DNA of 63,466 nucleotides, the filler included, from Perkinsus chesapeaki ATCC PRA-425 (Eukaryota; Protista; Perkinsozoa): assembly GCA_013115145.1 (NCBI GenBank). It is 7 parts of 7 records of this genome, joined end to end, with 100 filler letters (N's around TTAATTAATTAA, not from the genome) between each part and the next. Parts side by side here need not be neighbours in the genome. Positions count along the whole stretch, not along the records: positions 50,556 to 60,879 come from JAAPAO010000892.1; positions 60,980 to 62,252 come from JAAPAO010002064.1; positions 62,353 to 63,466 come from JAAPAO010002192.1; 4 more parts are not named here. One strand, 5' to 3'. Below the pieces are notes generated by a model. The model did no database searches, had not been told where the DNA came from, and saw only the letters and a list, made by a program, of their open reading frames with translations. Shown in pieces: positions 60,807 through 63,466 of the stretch. Numbering within the stretch: position 1 is the stretch's first letter; each line of letters begins with the position of its first letter. A program made the position numbers and the translations under genes.

Positions 60807-60979
60807 TCAAATGGCGCGTGCTCGGTTGCTCAACAGTAGTGGGCGTTGGGACATGCTAGTCAGGAGCGGAAGCACCCATNNNNNNNNNNNNNNNNNNNNN
60901 NNNNNNNNNNNNNNNNNNNNNNNTTAATTAATTAANNNNNNNNNNNNNNNNNNNNNNNNNNNNNNNNNNNNNNNNNNNN

Positions 60980-61144
60980 GTATTGATACTGCATATCTAC
61001 AAGTATTCTCCAGCCTTGGTTTGGCCCTCCTTGAGAATTGGTCACCCGGTTCAACCGCGGAACATCGATTTTAGCCGATAGGCGGGAGGATGCACCAGCC
61101 TGAAGGGATCGCCCCAGTTTTTCCAGTGTTCTGGTACTCCGCAT
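60980..61144 (-). mobile_element. Possible reverse transcriptase relic at the contig edge
   Basis: GGPNQGWRILVDMQY resembles the RT motif G.WR..VD. The fragment is short and cut by the gap. Confidence 0.25.
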
Positions 61145-61536
61145 CTGGTTCTGCCATCGGACCTTCTAGAAGTAGACATTTTTCTACTCACGCGTCATGC
61201 GCTTTTGTTATTGCGTACATTGCTATTCGAATCAATTTGGTTTCCACTCTCACAGAGTTTTGCTCGTCTCTCCTTCCCGCGCGTCAGTGCGTTGTTTGAA
61301 TCCCACACAACGCCCCTCTGCCAGCCGGACAGGGTGGGCTCGTTCCACTAAAATCACAAGAAGAAGGTTTTCGGTTGCAAAATGTTTGCAACTCCCCAGT
61401 TCCCTGGAATTTTTTTGAAATTCCCTGGTTCTCGAATTCCTACCCGGAAACATCCTGGAAGATGGCCTGTGGGAATTAACTGTGTAAATCCCGTGCATGC
61501 GCATAGATCACGCATGACAGTTTATTGTGAATTCCC

Positions 61537-62252
61537 ATGACGATCTTCGCTGATTTGATAACAATTTCGAGACTATCGAAGTATATATTACTCTACTGTC
61601 TAGTTTGGTCCTTTGGAGGGTTTCGGACCCGCAAAGTCTTCGGTCAACTACCATATCCGCCCGACGACCCCTACTTTTCGGATCAGAATGCCCTATTCGA
61701 GTCATTGCATATCCAAGAGACTTGGAGGGCGGTCCGAGAGTCCGGGTTATCCCGTAGAGATGTCATCGTCACTGTCATCGACACGGGTGTCGCTACTAAG
61801 CAACCTGACCTCGTGGGCAAACTATTGAAAGGGCGGGACGCTTCTGGTTCTACAGAGCGGTCAGTCGAAGACGTGCGTGGCCATGGTACAAAGATGACCA
61901 GTATAATCGCTGCGGGGATCAACAATGGTATAGGTATCGCTGGAATAGCTGATAGAGTTAAGATAAGACCGATTAGGTCGAGTGCGTCTCCCAGCCAAGC
62001 CCCTGCTCTCGAGCAAGCAAAAAGCGCGTGGGAGATAGCGAACAAGCTCAATGATTCTGATGTTATAGTGTTCGCTGTTGGTTGGAGCTTTGAACATGAG
62101 AAGTCCGTGATGTTCAAAAAAGTGATCACGAAGGCCGTCGAGCAAGGTAACTTCGTTGTCGTTGCCGCTTCAAACAACGATACTGCAACCGGGCCGGATG
62201 AGGTTATGTTACCCTGTTCACTGGCGAACTCTATGCCTGGTGTGGTGTGCGT
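61537..62252 (+). CDS. Subtilisin-like serine protease (family S8), intronless in the visible part, truncated by the gap
   Basis: Hydrophobic leader, PDDPYF, catalytic Asp VTVIDTGV, catalytic His GHGTKMTSIIAA, GIAGIA, oxyanion Asn VVVAASN. The catalytic Ser would fall in or after the gap. Confidence 0.92.
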
Positions 62253-62352
62253 NNNNNNNNNNNNNNNNNNNNNNNNNNNNNNNNNNNNNNNNNNNNTTAA
62301 TTAATTAANNNNNNNNNNNNNNNNNNNNNNNNNNNNNNNNNNNNNNNNNNNN

Positions 62353-63466
62353 GACACCCGACGTTATCGCCCGGTGTTCACGTTTATTCATCTAAATCGT
62401 AGTTTGCGAAAAGCATTCGGTAAGTCGAGCTTTCCTCAAGCTTTGATATCGACCTTGGTAGAGAAAGCTAGATGTTATGAATATGGTATTATCAATGATG
62501 TTATGGACGCTTATATGAGGCTATGGTTGTTACCTAGTAATAGAAAGTATTTTACGGTCAACATCACTCCCTTTGAAGCTACCCCTACTTGGTGTGAATT
62601 TTGGTGCCTTCCGTATGGACCATCGCACTGTCCGCGAGTGCTGGAGCTCTGCTTACAGTGGCTTGTACAGCACAACTTCCGCCCTAATCCTATGTTCGAG
62701 ATCCAGTCATATATGGACGACCTTGTGATATTTTCTCACAAGGGCGATATTGATGTCGAACTGCAACTACGTGAGTTATGCGGGAGTTATGATCTAAATC
62801 TCAAGCCGACCAAAAGACAAGTACTTACAGAGGGTGATGTGAAAATGCTGGGAGTTATGCTCATCGATAATGGCCGATATATCACAATACCTACTGAGAA
62901 GCTCGATAAGCTCAAGCTCAAGATGGTTGACGAAAGAAGTACTTATGCCCGTCTGTTGGGCGTGCTAGGGCTACTCGATGAATCTCCGGCAGCACCAGCA
63001 TGGGCATTAGCAATAAAGCATGCGTGCCAGAGTCTAGTGGCTAAAGAGAGAGCTAAGAAAGGATTGCCATGGTCAGCAGAATGTTCAAGCGACCTCAGAG
63101 ATATTGTCAATGCGTGGCAGACGATGATAACATCTATGCCCGCATCTGATTTTGTTGTTCCTCGGCTATATGATTATGGTAAACCCCTGGATGTATATAC
63201 AGATGCCTCTAAGAGGGCTGGAGGGTTTATCTTTAAACAGAACGAGACGATTCTACTTCAACGCGTTCACGTATTCGCTGAGTCCGAGACGCACCTTCCT
63301 ATTGTATGTTTAGAGGCGCATACCCTATATCGAGCCTTTGCAATGGTTCACCAGATTGAATTGGCAGGTCACCGAAACTTTCGACAACGTCGACGTTGAA
63401 GCTACTTTTCGAGCTGGTAGGCCAGCGTCATTCAGCAACAAAGACGCCAAACCTATTTTGGCTAAG
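62353..63466 (+). mobile_element. Retroelement pol fragment: reverse transcriptase + RNase H (DIRS-like or Ty3/gypsy-like), frameshift near 63370
   Basis: RYRPVF...LN, NDVMDAY, LPYG, YMDD, MLG, then RNase H VYTDAS and HLPIVCLEA. The motif FDNVDV continues only in the +1 frame. Confidence 0.9.

Overview
Eukaryotic, intron-rich protist DNA with short (about 40-60 nt) GT-AG introns. Six 100-bp scaffold gaps carry a TTAATTAATTAA linker. Gene content and assembly style suggest the alveolate Perkinsus; this is an inference, not a database match. From left to right the window holds: (1) a ~99% identical duplicate of the 3' half of a kinesin gene (1-4095), broken mid-exon next to a hAT-like relic and a hairpin-dense spacer; (2) the intact kinesin gene (minus strand, ~6.9-14.5 kb) with tRNA-Gly and tRNA-His inside its introns; (3) two paralogous secreted Cys-rich GSYCK-repeat proteins; (4) a PAP2 phosphatase and mitochondrial NFU1; (5) two tandem secreted proteins with an N-terminal His after the signal peptide, a second His in W-x-NNGH and a C-terminal F-x-x-CAD motif, i.e. 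a histidine-brace LPMO-like fold, each with a Cys-rich G[ST]YCK tail; (6) an EngA/Der GTPase, an OCRE + C2H2 zinc-finger protein, pyridoxal kinase, two GT17 (GnT-III-like) glycosyltransferases, a probable mitochondrial helical-repeat protein and a subtilisin; (7) several retroelement relics. The LPMO-like pair, together with its Cys-rich module shared with the neighbouring secreted antigens, is the strongest candidate for an undescribed system. All gene models were spliced by eye, so outer boundaries are approximate where stated.
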